Shown: piece by piece, positions 1-11,297 of the stretch | Position numbering within the stretch: the stretch's first letter is position 1 | Layout of the letters: the number at the start of each line of letters is the position of its first letter | Source of the DNA: Candidatus Velthaea sp. | GTDB lineage: Bacteria > Vulcanimicrobiota > Vulcanimicrobiia > Vulcanimicrobiales > Vulcanimicrobiaceae | Direction of reading: 5' to 3' | Assembly (NCBI GenBank): GCA_050012475.1 | Contig: JBEKHC010000010.1 | Span: forward strand, 11,416 to 75,415 | DNA length: 64,000 nt | Program-made: the position numbers and the translations under genes | The notes under the pieces: model-generated | What the model was told of the DNA's origin: nothing | Databases searched by the model: none | The model's input: only the letters and a program-made list of their open reading frames with translations

Positions 1-2054
<2,054 letters not shown>

Positions 2055-2141
2055 AACTCTTCGGCGCGCCGCATCGCGCGAAGCGGTTTTTGCGGTCAAC
2101 GGCGAGACAATCGCGCAGCCCGCAGCGCCGGTGGATAGCGC

Positions 2142-2996
2142 TTAGTCGATGGTCAGGAAATCGCGGGTGAGCCGGCTGAACTCCGCCGCGTGCTCGATCT
2201 GGGTCCAATGTCCGCACGCGCCGAACACGTGCAGCTGAGCATCGGGAATCTTCTGCAGCAGTTTGAGGCTGGTCGACAGCGGGATGATGCGGTCGTCGCG
2301 GCCGTGGAAGATCAGCGTGCGCGCGCGGATCGCATCGAGCCGATCCTCGAAGGCGGCGAGACCGTCGACGCCATTCTGGCGCGGCGCCGGGAACATGCTG
2401 CTGAACGCTTCTTGGACGCCCGGACGCAGCGCGGCCTTATAGCGCAGCTGCGCCAACTCGTCGGTCGCCAACGCCTTGTCGGAGACGAAGAGATCGATCA
2501 GCCGGCGCATGTTCTCGACGCTGGGCGTATAGCCCCAGGCAAAATCCAGCCCGGTGCCTTCGACGATCGGGAAGCGCACGCCGCACGGCCCCATGAGCAC
2601 GAGCCGGTCGACGCGTGCAGGATGTTCGACGGCCGCCGCAATCGCGACGGCGGCGCCCATCGAGTTGCCGACGAGATGCGCGCGCTCGAGGCCGGCGGCG
2701 TCCATGAAGTCGAGCAGATGCTTCGTCCAGCGCGCGAGCGTGTACGGTTCATCGCTGGGTAAATCGCTGTAGCCGAAGCCGACCTGATCGTAAGCGAAAA
2801 CGTGGAGTTTTTCGGCGAGCACGGGGATCGTCAGCCGCCAATTCGCGTAGGCCGACACGCCGGGGCCCGAACCATGGATGAGCACGACCGGCGCGCCCGC
2901 GCCGGCTTCGAGGTAGTTGGTGTTGACCGGCCCGGCGAGCACGGATTTGCCGATTTCCGGCGAGCGCGGCTGAGCGGCCGTCGATGATGACGTCAT
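2142..2996 (-). CDS. Meta-cleavage product hydrolase (2-hydroxymuconic semialdehyde hydrolase-like, alpha/beta fold)
   Basis: HGSGPGVSAYANW, GNSMG nucleophile elbow, CGHWTQIEH; start reassigned to ATG at 2996. Confidence 0.9.
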   Translation of the reverse strand: MTSSSTAAQPRSPEIGKSVLAGPVNTNYLEAGAGAPVVLIHGSGPGVSAYANWRLTIPVLAEKLHVFAYDQVGFGYSDLPSDEPYTLARWTKHLLDFMDAAGLERAHLVGNSMGAAVAIAAAVEHPARVDRLVLMGPCGVRFPIVEGTGLDFAWGYTPSVENMRRLIDLFVSDKALATDELAQLRYKAALRPGVQEAFSSMFPAPRQNGVDGLAAFEDRLDAIRARTLIFHGRDDRIIPLSTSLKLLQKIPDAQLHVFGACGHWTQIEHAAEFSRLTRDFLTID

Positions 2997-3033
2997 GGAT
3001 TCGCTTTTGGCCTTTCCGTCTTTCGACCGGCGG

Positions 3034-3783
3034 TCAGTACGTCGCGCGGCCGCCCGAGACGTCGAAGACGGCGCCGGTGCTGAACGAGCATTCCGCACTC
3101 GCCAGCCAGCACACCAGTGCCGCGATCTCTTCGATCTGGCCGAAGCGGCCGATGGGGATTTTCGAGAGCATGAAATCGATGTGTTCTTGCGTCATCTGAT
3201 CGAAAATCGCGGTGCGCACGGCGGCCGGCGTCACGCAGTTGACGCGGATCTCGGTCTTCGCAAGTTCCTTGCCCAGCGATTTCGTCAAGCCGATGACGGC
3301 CGCTTTCGAAGCGCTGTAAGCGGAGGCGTTGGGATTCCCTTCCTTCCCCGCCACCGATGCGATGTTGACGATTCGCCCGTAGCCGTTGCGCAGCAGGTGC
3401 GGAACGACGGCCCGATTGCAGTAGAATACGCCGTTCAAGTTCACGTCGATGACGCGCTGCCACTCCCGCACGGGATACTCCCAGAGCGGCGCGTTCGGCC
3501 CGGTGATCCCGGCGCTGGCGACGAGGATGTCGAGCTTGCCGAACGCGGCCGCCGTCGTGTCGGCGGCGGCGGCGACGGCTTCGGCATCGGCGATGTCGAC
3601 GACGGCGTGATGGGCAGCACCCGTTGCCGCGGCAGCCTCCGCAAGCGCACCGGCGTCGCGATCCCACAGGCTGACGGCCGCGCCTTCGCTCACTAAGCGC
3701 GCGGCGATCGCGCGCCCGATGCCCGCGGCGCCGCCCGTGACGATCGCATGCCGCCCGGCAAAGCGCGGAGCTTCATTCACCAC
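3034..3783 (-). CDS. Short-chain dehydrogenase/reductase
   Basis: TGGAAGIG, NIASVAG, YSASK catalytic motif. Confidence 0.9.
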   Translation of the reverse strand: MVNEAPRFAGRHAIVTGGAAGIGRAIAARLVSEGAAVSLWDRDAGALAEAAAATGAAHHAVVDIADAEAVAAAADTTAAAFGKLDILVASAGITGPNAPLWEYPVREWQRVIDVNLNGVFYCNRAVVPHLLRNGYGRIVNIASVAGKEGNPNASAYSASKAAVIGLTKSLGKELAKTEIRVNCVTPAAVRTAIFDQMTQEHIDFMLSKIPIGRFGQIEEIAALVCWLASAECSFSTGAVFDVSGGRATY

Positions 3784-3801
3784 AACCGTGTTCCCCGCAA
3801 G

Positions 3802-4746
3802 CTACTTCGCGACGAGTTCCGCCGCGCCCGAGGTCGTAACCCCCAGGAACGCTTCGTTGAGCCGGCCTTCGTAGTAGAAGATTGCGCGGCCCAGCTCCGC
3901 GGCATCCCACTGGATCGTCGGACGGTCGGGGAAGTAGGCGTAGCCGCCGGAGTAGACTTCGTTGCGGTTGCCCGACGGATCGAAGAAATAGATCGTGTAG
4001 CCGCGCGTGATTCCGTGCCGGGTCGGCCCGATGTCCAGCGCGATCTTCTTCTTGGCGATGATGTCGGCCGCGGTCTTGACGTCTTCCCACGACTCCAAAA
4101 AGAACGCGACGTGGTGGAAACGGGTCTCGGGCGCATTCACGAACGCGATGTCGTGCGATTTGTTGGCGCACGTCAGCCAGACGGCGATCTGCGCGCCGTC
4201 TTCGGTGATGACTTCCTCGGCGACGCCGAAGCCGAGCACTTCTTTGAACAGCCGCGTCGTCTCGGGCACATTCGGCCCGTAGAGCAAGCCGTGATCGAGA
4301 CGCGTCGGTTTCATGCCGCGCAGCCCGTCGGGCCACACGTCGGGGTTCTTGAGCGGCAAGCCGTTGCCGACCAGATCGGCATGCGCGTAGAGTTCGATCC
4401 GGTGGCCGGTCGGGATCAAGAACGAGATGCGCCGGCCGATACCAGGCTGATCGCCCGCGGGGATATGGGTGACGCCGATGGCGCGTTCGGCCAGTTCGCC
4501 TTCGATGCGATCGAGGTCCGACTCGTTGCGCACTTTGAATGCGAAATGATCCAAACCGGGATCGTCGGACTCACGCAAGATGAGCGAATGATGATCGAAC
4601 TCGTCCCAGGCTTTGAGATACACCCGGTTGGCGTCGCGCGCAACTTCTTGCAGGCCGATGTATTCGGTATAGTGGCGCACCGCGGCTTCCATGTCCATCA
4701 CGCGCAGCTGGACTTGCCCGACGCGCATCACACCTTCGATTGCCAT
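3802..4746 (-). CDS. xylE: Catechol 2,3-dioxygenase
   Basis: GVMRVGQV, YLKAWDEFDHHS, RLDH, FHHVAF, IGPTRHGITRGYTIYFFDPSGNRNE extradiol dioxygenase signature. Confidence 0.93.
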   Translation of the reverse strand: MAIEGVMRVGQVQLRVMDMEAAVRHYTEYIGLQEVARDANRVYLKAWDEFDHHSLILRESDDPGLDHFAFKVRNESDLDRIEGELAERAIGVTHIPAGDQPGIGRRISFLIPTGHRIELYAHADLVGNGLPLKNPDVWPDGLRGMKPTRLDHGLLYGPNVPETTRLFKEVLGFGVAEEVITEDGAQIAVWLTCANKSHDIAFVNAPETRFHHVAFFLESWEDVKTAADIIAKKKIALDIGPTRHGITRGYTIYFFDPSGNRNEVYSGGYAYFPDRPTIQWDAAELGRAIFYYEGRLNEAFLGVTTSGAAELVAK

Positions 4747-5099
4747 GAGATCCTCCGTTGTTCGCTAAGTGGTGACGGCGCCGTCTTCACGCCGACCGGC
4801 GCGGGTTCGAGGATGAGGTCGCTCACCGGATAGATGCGGCAGGCCAGCGCGTATCGCTCACCGTTTTCACCCGCCGCGACGTGCTGTTTGGCCATTTTGC
4901 CGGCGACGTAGTCGCCGCTGCGCACGATCACGCGGCAAACGCCGCACCCGCCGCCCCGGCAACCGACCTTGAGCCAGTTGTGGCCGGCCCGGACCGCGGC
5001 GTTGAGGATGTCCTGGTCGGCGGCGCAGTTGATTTCGCGATCCGCACCCATGATGCGGATGCGGTACGATCGCGGAGCAGGGGTTGAGTCGACGTTCAA
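4728..5099 (-). CDS. XylT-like 2Fe-2S ferredoxin (dioxygenase reactivation)
   Basis: VGCRGGGCGVC...LACRIYP; TTG start at 5099 preceded by AGGAGA; immediately upstream of the catechol dioxygenase gene. Confidence 0.85.
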   Translation of the reverse strand: MNVDSTPAPRSYRIRIMGADREINCAADQDILNAAVRAGHNWLKVGCRGGGCGVCRVIVRSGDYVAGKMAKQHVAAGENGERYALACRIYPVSDLILEPAPVGVKTAPSPLSEQRRISWQSKV

Positions 5100-5187
5100 A
5101 AGCTGACGTCTCCTACGGGGGCGTAGTTCAGAAGGGCAGCCGGCAAGTGCTTGGAAGAATGTTCCGTTCGCCCGCCGGCGTGAGCGT

Positions 5188-5236
5188 ATTTTCGTCCCAA
5201 AAACATCGTTTGTCAAGATAAAAATCGATATTTTTT
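5188..5236 (-). promoter_or_regulatory. Putative sigma70 promoter of the meta-cleavage operon with adjacent GntR operator candidate
   Basis: TTGACA (5216-5211, minus strand) with GAAAAT 17 nt downstream; near-palindrome AAAAATCGATATTTTT at ~5220-5235 between divergent genes. Confidence 0.45.
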
Positions 5237-5284
5237 ACGAATATCGCTGAATGTGATCCGGATTCCGCCGGAGAACATCGTGAT

Positions 5285-5995
5285 GTGCGATCGCAGGCCG
5301 ACGTCGACCCTCCAAAGACGCTGAGCGATGAGGCATACCGGCGTATACGCGACGATCTGATCGCCGGCCGCCTGGTGCCCGGCTCGCGTTTGCGCGTCGA
5401 GCGGCTCAAAGCGGACTACGATATCGGCGCGAGCCCCCTGCGCGAAGCCCTCTCGCGACTGGCCTCCGAAGGCCTCGTCACGGCCGAAGGGCAGCGCGGC
5501 TTTCGCGCCAGCGAATTGTCGCTCAGCGATCTCGAGGACATCACGCGGATGCGGATCTTCCTCGAAGTCCAGGCGATCGAAGAGAGCGTCGCGCGCGGCG
5601 ACGACGCGTGGGAAGCGCGCGTGGTTGCCGCCCACCACCATCTGGCCAAAGCCGAGCCGCGCAACGCCGCGACGTCGAACGTCAACTTCGACGATTGGGA
5701 ACAGCGCAACCGCGCCTTTCACGACTCGCTCGTCGCGGCGTGCACCTCGCGCTGGCTGCTGCACTTTCGCGAAGTCATTTACGATCAGCACCAGCGCTAT
5801 CGGCGTATCGCGATCAGCCACCCGGAGATTCCGCGCGACGTACGCGACGAACATCGGCTGATCTTTGAGGCCGCGCTGTCGCGCGACATTCCGCACGTCA
5901 CGCAACTCTCGGCGGTGCACATCCAGCGCACGAGCGACCTGGTTCGCGAACTTTTGCGCAAGGCGGACGGTTTCGCTCGCTCTGTCTCCGCTTAA
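5285..5995 (+). CDS. GntR family regulator with FCD domain
   Basis: AYRRIRDDLIAGRLVPGSRL, SPLREALSRL.SEGLV, NRAFHDSLV, EHRLIFEAAL. Confidence 0.92.
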   Translation: MRSQADVDPPKTLSDEAYRRIRDDLIAGRLVPGSRLRVERLKADYDIGASPLREALSRLASEGLVTAEGQRGFRASELSLSDLEDITRMRIFLEVQAIEESVARGDDAWEARVVAAHHHLAKAEPRNAATSNVNFDDWEQRNRAFHDSLVAACTSRWLLHFREVIYDQHQRYRRIAISHPEIPRDVRDEHRLIFEAALSRDIPHVTQLSAVHIQRTSDLVRELLRKADGFARSVSA

Positions 5996-6049
5996 CCGCT
6001 TGGGTGACTGACCAGGAGCCGCGCATCGCACGAGCGATGTACTGTTGGC

Positions 6050-6364
6050 ATGGTCGATGTCTTGGATGCGATCGAGTCTTGGCGCAAAGCCGGTCAGCGG
6101 GTTGCCGTCGCGACGGTCGTGGGCGTCGAGAAGTCGGCTCCGCGCGGCCCGGGCGCCGTGCTCGCCGTGAACGAGCGCGGCGATGTCGCGGGCTCCGTCA
6201 GCGGCGGCTGCGTCGAGGCCGCCGTTTACCAGGAAGCGCAAGACGCGATTGCGACCGGACGCGCGCGGCTGGTCGTGTACGGCATCAGCGATGCCGACGC
6301 GATCTCCGTCGGACTGACCTGCGGCGGGACGATCCACGTGTTCGTCGAGCGCCTGGACTGGTGA
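6050..6364 (+). CDS. XdhC/CoxI family N-terminal domain protein
   Basis: VATVV..SAPR.PGA, GSVSGGCVE, GLTCGGTI. Confidence 0.88.
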   Translation: MVDVLDAIESWRKAGQRVAVATVVGVEKSAPRGPGAVLAVNERGDVAGSVSGGCVEAAVYQEAQDAIATGRARLVVYGISDADAISVGLTCGGTIHVFVERLDW

Positions 6365-7164
6365 TCTTCGACCGGCTTGCCGCGGCGATTCGAGCGGACC
6401 GGCCGGTCGCGCTGGTCACGCGCCTCGACGGTTCGGCCGCCGGCGCGAAACTGCTCGTCTTCGCCGACGACGCGGAAGGCGACATGGGCAGACCCGGACT
6501 GACGCATGCCGCCACGCAGGAGGCCCGTGCCTTGCTCGCCGCAGGCGAGACGACGATCCGAACCTTCGGCGCCGACGGCGAGCCGGTCGGCATGGAGGTG
6601 CAACTCTTCATCCAGGCGTTCGCACCGAAACCCGCGATGTACATTTTCGGCGCGATCGATTTTTCACGCGCCATGGCGCGCATCGGCAAGTATCTGGGCT
6701 ACTGCGTGACCGTCGTCGATGCGCGGCCGATTTTCGCGACCAAGGCGCGCATTCCGGATGCCGACCGGGTGGTGGTTTCGTGGCCCGATGAATTCCTGGC
6801 CGGGGCAGCCGTCGACGAACGCACCGCGCTGATCGTGCTCACGCACGACGTCAAATTCGACATCCCGCTGCTGCAAGTCGCCTTGCAGACGCCGGCGGGA
6901 TACATCGGGGCGATGGGCAGCCGGCGCACGCACGCCAACCGGATCGGCGAACTGCGCCGCGCCGGCGTCAGTGACGCGCAAATCGCACGGATCAACGCGC
7001 CGATCGGTCTCGATCTGGGGGCGCGCACGCCCGAAGAAACCGCGATCTCGATTGCCGCCGAAATCATTGCCTTGCGCGAGCGCCGGCGCGGCGGCCGCCT
7101 AGCCGAGAACGACTTGCCGGTGCATAACCCGCAGGCGCCCGTCGTTTTGGCCAAGCGCCTCTGA
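6361..7164 (+). CDS. XdhC family Rossmann-domain protein (Mo-cofactor insertion chaperone)
   Basis: GTG start overlapping upstream TGA (GTGA); IFGA, DARPIFA, LTHD.KFD, YIGAMGSRR, APIGLDLGARTPEETAISIAAEI. Confidence 0.88.
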   Translation: MIFDRLAAAIRADRPVALVTRLDGSAAGAKLLVFADDAEGDMGRPGLTHAATQEARALLAAGETTIRTFGADGEPVGMEVQLFIQAFAPKPAMYIFGAIDFSRAMARIGKYLGYCVTVVDARPIFATKARIPDADRVVVSWPDEFLAGAAVDERTALIVLTHDVKFDIPLLQVALQTPAGYIGAMGSRRTHANRIGELRRAGVSDAQIARINAPIGLDLGARTPEETAISIAAEIIALRERRRGGRLAENDLPVHNPQAPVVLAKRL

Positions 7165-8822
7165 TCACCGGCGGACGGCTGTTGGTCGATGCGTTGATCG
7201 CCAACGGCGTGCAGCGCGCGTTTTGCGTTCCGGGCGAAAGCTATCTGCCGGTGCTCGATGCCCTCTACGACGTCCAAGACCGTTTGCCGCTCATCGTTTG
7301 CCGCCACGAAAACGGCGCGGCCAACATGGCCGAAGCATACGGCAAGCTCACCGGACGGCCGGGTATCGCGTTCGTGACCCGCGGACCGGGTGCAAGCAAT
7401 GCGAGCATCGGGGTGCACACCGCGAAGCAAGACGCCACGCCGATGATTCTGTTCATCGGTCAGGTCGCGAGCGCGCTGCGCGGCCGCGAAGCGTTTCAAG
7501 AAGTCGACCTGGTCGCGATGTTCGCGCCGCTGGCAAAATGGAGCGCTCAGATCGATGCCGCCGACCGGATACCGGAGTTCGTCGCGCGGGCCTTCGTCAC
7601 CGCGACGTCCGGGCTGCCCGGTCCCGTCGTGCTCGCTCTGCCTGAAGACGTCCTGGCGGCGCAAGTGAACGGATCCGCGTGTCCGGCCGGGCCGCACGCC
7701 GCGCCGCCGCTCCACCCCGACGACGCGGCGGCGCTACGCGCCCATCTCGCGCGCGCGCAGCGGCCGCTGGTGATCGCGGGCGGCGGCCCGTGGAGCGCTG
7801 CCGCGGCCGCCGACCTCGCTGCGTTCGCGTCCAGCAACGCTTTGCCAGTGGCCGTCGAGTTTCGTTGTCAGGATTTCATTGACAACGATCACCCGTCGTA
7901 TGCCGGCGTGCTGGGCTTGGGCACGCAGCCAGCGCTGGCCACCCTGGCGCGGGAAGCCGATGTGATCTTGGCGCTAGGCGCGCGCTTGGGCGAAGTCGTC
8001 ACGCAAGGTTATACGCTGCTGCACGTACCGCAACCACGCGCCCGCGTTCTCACGGTGGGGATCGACGCCGCTGAAATCGGCCGCGTCTACCAACCCGCCT
8101 ATGCCGCGATTGCCGACCCGTGCGATGCGGCAGCGCGCCTGCGCGACGCCGAGCCGATCGCCGATCCGGTGTGGGCACCGCGCACGCAAGCGGCGCACGC
8201 CGCACTGTTGGAATCGCGCACGGCGGTGTCCGCCTCCGGCAGCGGCGTCGACCTCGCCGAGTTCGTCGCGTTCCTGCGCGAGCGTTTGCCGGACGACGCG
8301 ATCGTCGTCAACGGCGCCGGCAACTTCACGACGTGGCTGCATCGCTTCTTCACCTATCGTCGTTACGGCACCCAACTCGCGCCGCGCAGCGGTGCCATGG
8401 GCTACGGCGTCCCTGCCGCCATCGCCGCAAAATTAACCTATCCGCGGCGCACCGTGGTATGCTTCACGGGCGACGGCGACTTTCTCATGAGCGGCAACGA
8501 ACTCGCCACGGCGGTGATGTACGAGGTGCCGATCGTCATCATCGTCGTCAACAACGGCATGTACGGGACGATCCGCATGCATCAGGAACGCCAGTATCCG
8601 GCGCGCGTGCTCGGTACGCATCTCGTCAACCCCGATTTCGCCGCGTACGCGCGCGCCTTCGGCGCCTATGGCGAAACGGTCGGAACGTCGGCCGGCGTCG
8701 CGGCTGCCTTCGAGCGCGCCGTTCGCTCGGGCGGACCTGCGCTGCTCGAACTGCGCGTCGACCGCAACGCGCTCACGCCGTCGCTGACCATCAATGCGTT
8801 GCGCGCGGCCGAGCGGCCATGA
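7161..8822 (+). CDS. Thiamine pyrophosphate-dependent enzyme (acetolactate synthase large subunit-like)
   Basis: FCVPGESYL, CRHENGA, TRGPGASN, GAMGYG, GDGDFLM..NN TPP motif; start uncertain (CTG 7161 or TTG 7182). Confidence 0.9.
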   Translation: MITGGRLLVDALIANGVQRAFCVPGESYLPVLDALYDVQDRLPLIVCRHENGAANMAEAYGKLTGRPGIAFVTRGPGASNASIGVHTAKQDATPMILFIGQVASALRGREAFQEVDLVAMFAPLAKWSAQIDAADRIPEFVARAFVTATSGLPGPVVLALPEDVLAAQVNGSACPAGPHAAPPLHPDDAAALRAHLARAQRPLVIAGGGPWSAAAAADLAAFASSNALPVAVEFRCQDFIDNDHPSYAGVLGLGTQPALATLAREADVILALGARLGEVVTQGYTLLHVPQPRARVLTVGIDAAEIGRVYQPAYAAIADPCDAAARLRDAEPIADPVWAPRTQAAHAALLESRTAVSASGSGVDLAEFVAFLRERLPDDAIVVNGAGNFTTWLHRFFTYRRYGTQLAPRSGAMGYGVPAAIAAKLTYPRRTVVCFTGDGDFLMSGNELATAVMYEVPIVIIVVNNGMYGTIRMHQERQYPARVLGTHLVNPDFAAYARAFGAYGETVGTSAGVAAAFERAVRSGGPALLELRVDRNALTPSLTINALRAAERP

Positions 8823-9676
8823 ACGCCGGCGACGAACGTCCGGACCAACTGGCGTTCGTGATCTGGAAAAGCCGGGTGCTGGTGCGCTCGGCGCTCGACC
8901 CGGAGCCGCTCGTCATCTCGGGTCGCGCCTTTGCGTCAAGCGTACCGCTCGTTCCGGTCTACGACGAAGGCGGCGCGCGCATTGCCGTGTACATCCTCGA
9001 AACGGACGAGCGCGGCGCGCATGAGGCCGTCGCCGAGATCGCGCCGGCGGCGGTGTTTGCCGAAGTGATGCGCGAGCTGGGCCGTTTAGACGCAAACGAG
9101 CGAAGGGCACTCGTGCGCGCGATCGCCATCGAGCGCTGGTCGAACCGGTATCGCTATTGTCCGGTGTGCAGCACGACATTGATTTGGACGCGCGATGCCA
9201 TCGCGAAGATCTGCACCAACCCGCAGCGCGTGCATCGCCATTTTCCGCGGCTCGATCCTGCGATCATCGTGCTCGTAACCGACGGCGAGCGCGCACTCCT
9301 CGGACGTTCGGCGCGCTTTCCGCCCGGCTTCTATTCGACGTTGGCCGGTTTCGTCGAGCCCGGTGAAAGCGTCGAAGCCGCGCTGCGGCGCGAAGTCTTC
9401 GAAGAGTCCGGCATTCGCGTCGGCACGACCCGCTATTTCGATTCAGAGCCGTGGCCCTTCCCCCGCTCGCTTATGCTCGGATTTTTCGCCCAGGCGCAGT
9501 CGTCGGAGATCGTTCTGCGCGACTCCGAACTCGAAGACGCCCGCTGGTTCGACGCTCGCGAGCTGGCGGCACTCCAGACGCACATGAAAACGGAGCGGCC
9601 CTATTTCGACACGATCGCGCGGCGCTTGATCGATACGTGGCTAACGCAGCGGGAACACGGAACACTGTTTGCGTGA
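8819..9676 (+). CDS. nudC: NAD(H) diphosphatase (Nudix)
   Basis: ATGA overlap at 8819; YCPVC, FPRLDPAII, AGFVEPGES.E...RREVFEE Nudix box, SEPWPFPRSLM. Confidence 0.88.
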   Translation: MNAGDERPDQLAFVIWKSRVLVRSALDPEPLVISGRAFASSVPLVPVYDEGGARIAVYILETDERGAHEAVAEIAPAAVFAEVMRELGRLDANERRALVRAIAIERWSNRYRYCPVCSTTLIWTRDAIAKICTNPQRVHRHFPRLDPAIIVLVTDGERALLGRSARFPPGFYSTLAGFVEPGESVEAALRREVFEESGIRVGTTRYFDSEPWPFPRSLMLGFFAQAQSSEIVLRDSELEDARWFDARELAALQTHMKTERPYFDTIARRLIDTWLTQREHGTLFA

Positions 9677-10968
9677 ACTTGCGCCAGCAGGGCCAGTGCC
9701 GCGTCGAGCTGCGGATCGCTGCCGGGAACGCCGCGCAGCGCGGTCGCCGGCTCGTCCACCGCGAGATCGGGCCGCAGGCCAATGCCGTCGATATCATGTC
9801 CGCCCGGCGTGAAGTAACGAGCCGTCGTCAGTTTCACCGCCGAACCGTCGGGCAGCGGAAACATCGTTTGCACGAGCCCCTTGCCGAATGTGCGTGTCCC
9901 AACCACTTTGCCCAATCCGTGGTCGGCGATCGCTCCAGTTACGAGTTCCGACCCCGATGCCGAGTCGCGGTCGACCAGCACGGCCAGGGGCTGCGGGGCC
10001 GGTGCGGTTCCGTCAGCGACGACGATGTTCTGGTGGCCGTGATTCGTCTGCGTGACGACGATCGTGCCGCTCGGCACGAAAACGGAAGCCACCCGCACCG
10101 CCGCTGTTTCGTAGCCGCCGCCGTTGCCGCGCAGATCGAACAATGTCGCGCGTGCGCCGCGGGCCCGAAGCCGGATCAACGCCGCTCGGACCTGCTCGCC
10201 CGCCGCTGGTCCGAAACCGCGCAGCGCGATATAGGCGACGTCCCCGGGCAGCAGGCGTGCGCTCACCTCAGGCGGCGTGATCGCAGCACGCACGATTGAA
10301 AGCCGCTGCGTCTGCGCATCGGCCGCGCGCAACACGTCCAACTGCACGGTCGTGCCGGCGCGCCCCTTCAACAGCGCGGCAACCGCCGCGGGCGAACGTC
10401 CGGCGAGCGGTTTGCCGTCCACCGCCACGATCCGGTCGCCGGCAAGCAGACCAGCGCGCGCCGCCGGGGCGTCGTCAAAAACTTGATCGGCTTGGTACTC
10501 TCCCTCAGCAGTCAAAGCGAGCGACACGCCGATGCCGCCGAAGGGAGCACCATCGAGCGCGGTCGTAAAGCGGCGTAACTCCGCGCGACGAAAAAAAACC
10601 GAATACGGATCGTGCAGAGCTGCGAGTTCGCCGCAGATCGCAGCGTAAACGAGCTCGCGCGTCTCGACACGCGAACCGTACCGATCGATGGCCTTGCCGA
10701 GCTGCTGCTCGATCGCGGGAACCACGCCGCGGCCATCGGGGCGTGCGCGCAGCAGCGGCACCGCCGGATCGGCGACCCCACGGCCTCGCAGGTATGCGAC
10801 AATACCCGTACGAGCCCCGTCGAGCAACCGCTGCGGCGAGGCGGCTTGATAATAATTGTCGGTAATCGTCGTGTAGCCCATGTCGAGCTCGACGATGTCG
10901 AGGAGTGAAACGTCGCGGGCGGCCGGCGCGGGCGACGTCGCGCCGAGCAGAGCGGCCGCGATGAACAT
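9601..10968 (-). CDS. S41 family C-terminal processing peptidase with PDZ domain
   Basis: DPYS, GGIG, PDZ, DLRGNGGG, SASGSE, RTFGKGLVQ, TTARYFTP; start approximate. Confidence 0.9.
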   Translation of the reverse strand: MFIAAALLGATSPAPAARDVSLLDIVELDMGYTTITDNYYQAASPQRLLDGARTGIVAYLRGRGVADPAVPLLRARPDGRGVVPAIEQQLGKAIDRYGSRVETRELVYAAICGELAALHDPYSVFFRRAELRRFTTALDGAPFGGIGVSLALTAEGEYQADQVFDDAPAARAGLLAGDRIVAVDGKPLAGRSPAAVAALLKGRAGTTVQLDVLRAADAQTQRLSIVRAAITPPEVSARLLPGDVAYIALRGFGPAAGEQVRAALIRLRARGARATLFDLRGNGGGYETAAVRVASVFVPSGTIVVTQTNHGHQNIVVADGTAPAPQPLAVLVDRDSASGSELVTGAIADHGLGKVVGTRTFGKGLVQTMFPLPDGSAVKLTTARYFTPGGHDIDGIGLRPDLAVDEPATALRGVPGSDPQLDAALALLAQVHANSVPCSRCVSHVSIKRRAIVSK

Positions 10969-10991
10969 CGCGGCGCCGGCCTGCCGGTTCG

Positions 10992-11297
10992 CTATGCGGT
11001 CATCGAGTCGGCGCCGTCTTCCAACACCCGCATGATCATGTGCGAGTAGGCGCGCCGATAGTTTTCCAGCCACAACAACACGAGGTCGTTTGGATACGAG
11101 GTCGGTTGCCTCGAGCGATCATCGCGAATGACCTCGACGATATCGCGCGCGGTCGTCGCCGGCAGCTCAGTGGCGACATGCCCCTGGACAAAGTCGAGGA
11201 TCGCGAAGCCCTCCGCGATCGACTTGATCTTGTCGCGCTGCTCGATTAATTCGCCGACGATGCGTTGCGCCGCCCGGACCGGCTCGCGTTCGGACAT
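10992..11297 (-). CDS. Hypothetical protein (101 aa)
   Basis: ATG start, protein-like composition, abuts the S41 peptidase gene. Confidence 0.55.
   Translation of the reverse strand: MSEREPVRAAQRIVGELIEQRDKIKSIAEGFAILDFVQGHVATELPATTARDIVEVIRDDRSRQPTSYPNDLVLLWLENYRRAYSHMIMRVLEDGADSMTA

Noticed and set aside
5117..5185. GGGGCGTAGTTCAG resembling a tRNA 5' end
   Set aside because: No anticodon arm, T-loop or acceptor pairing follows; overlaps the ferredoxin RBS and promoter region
6004..6360. N-terminal extension of ORF 6004-7164, and similar extensions of 8120-9676, 18569-19876, 33761-34384 and 35611-36360
   Set aside because: Arg-rich off-frame read-through; better starts with RBS or stop/start overlaps lie downstream
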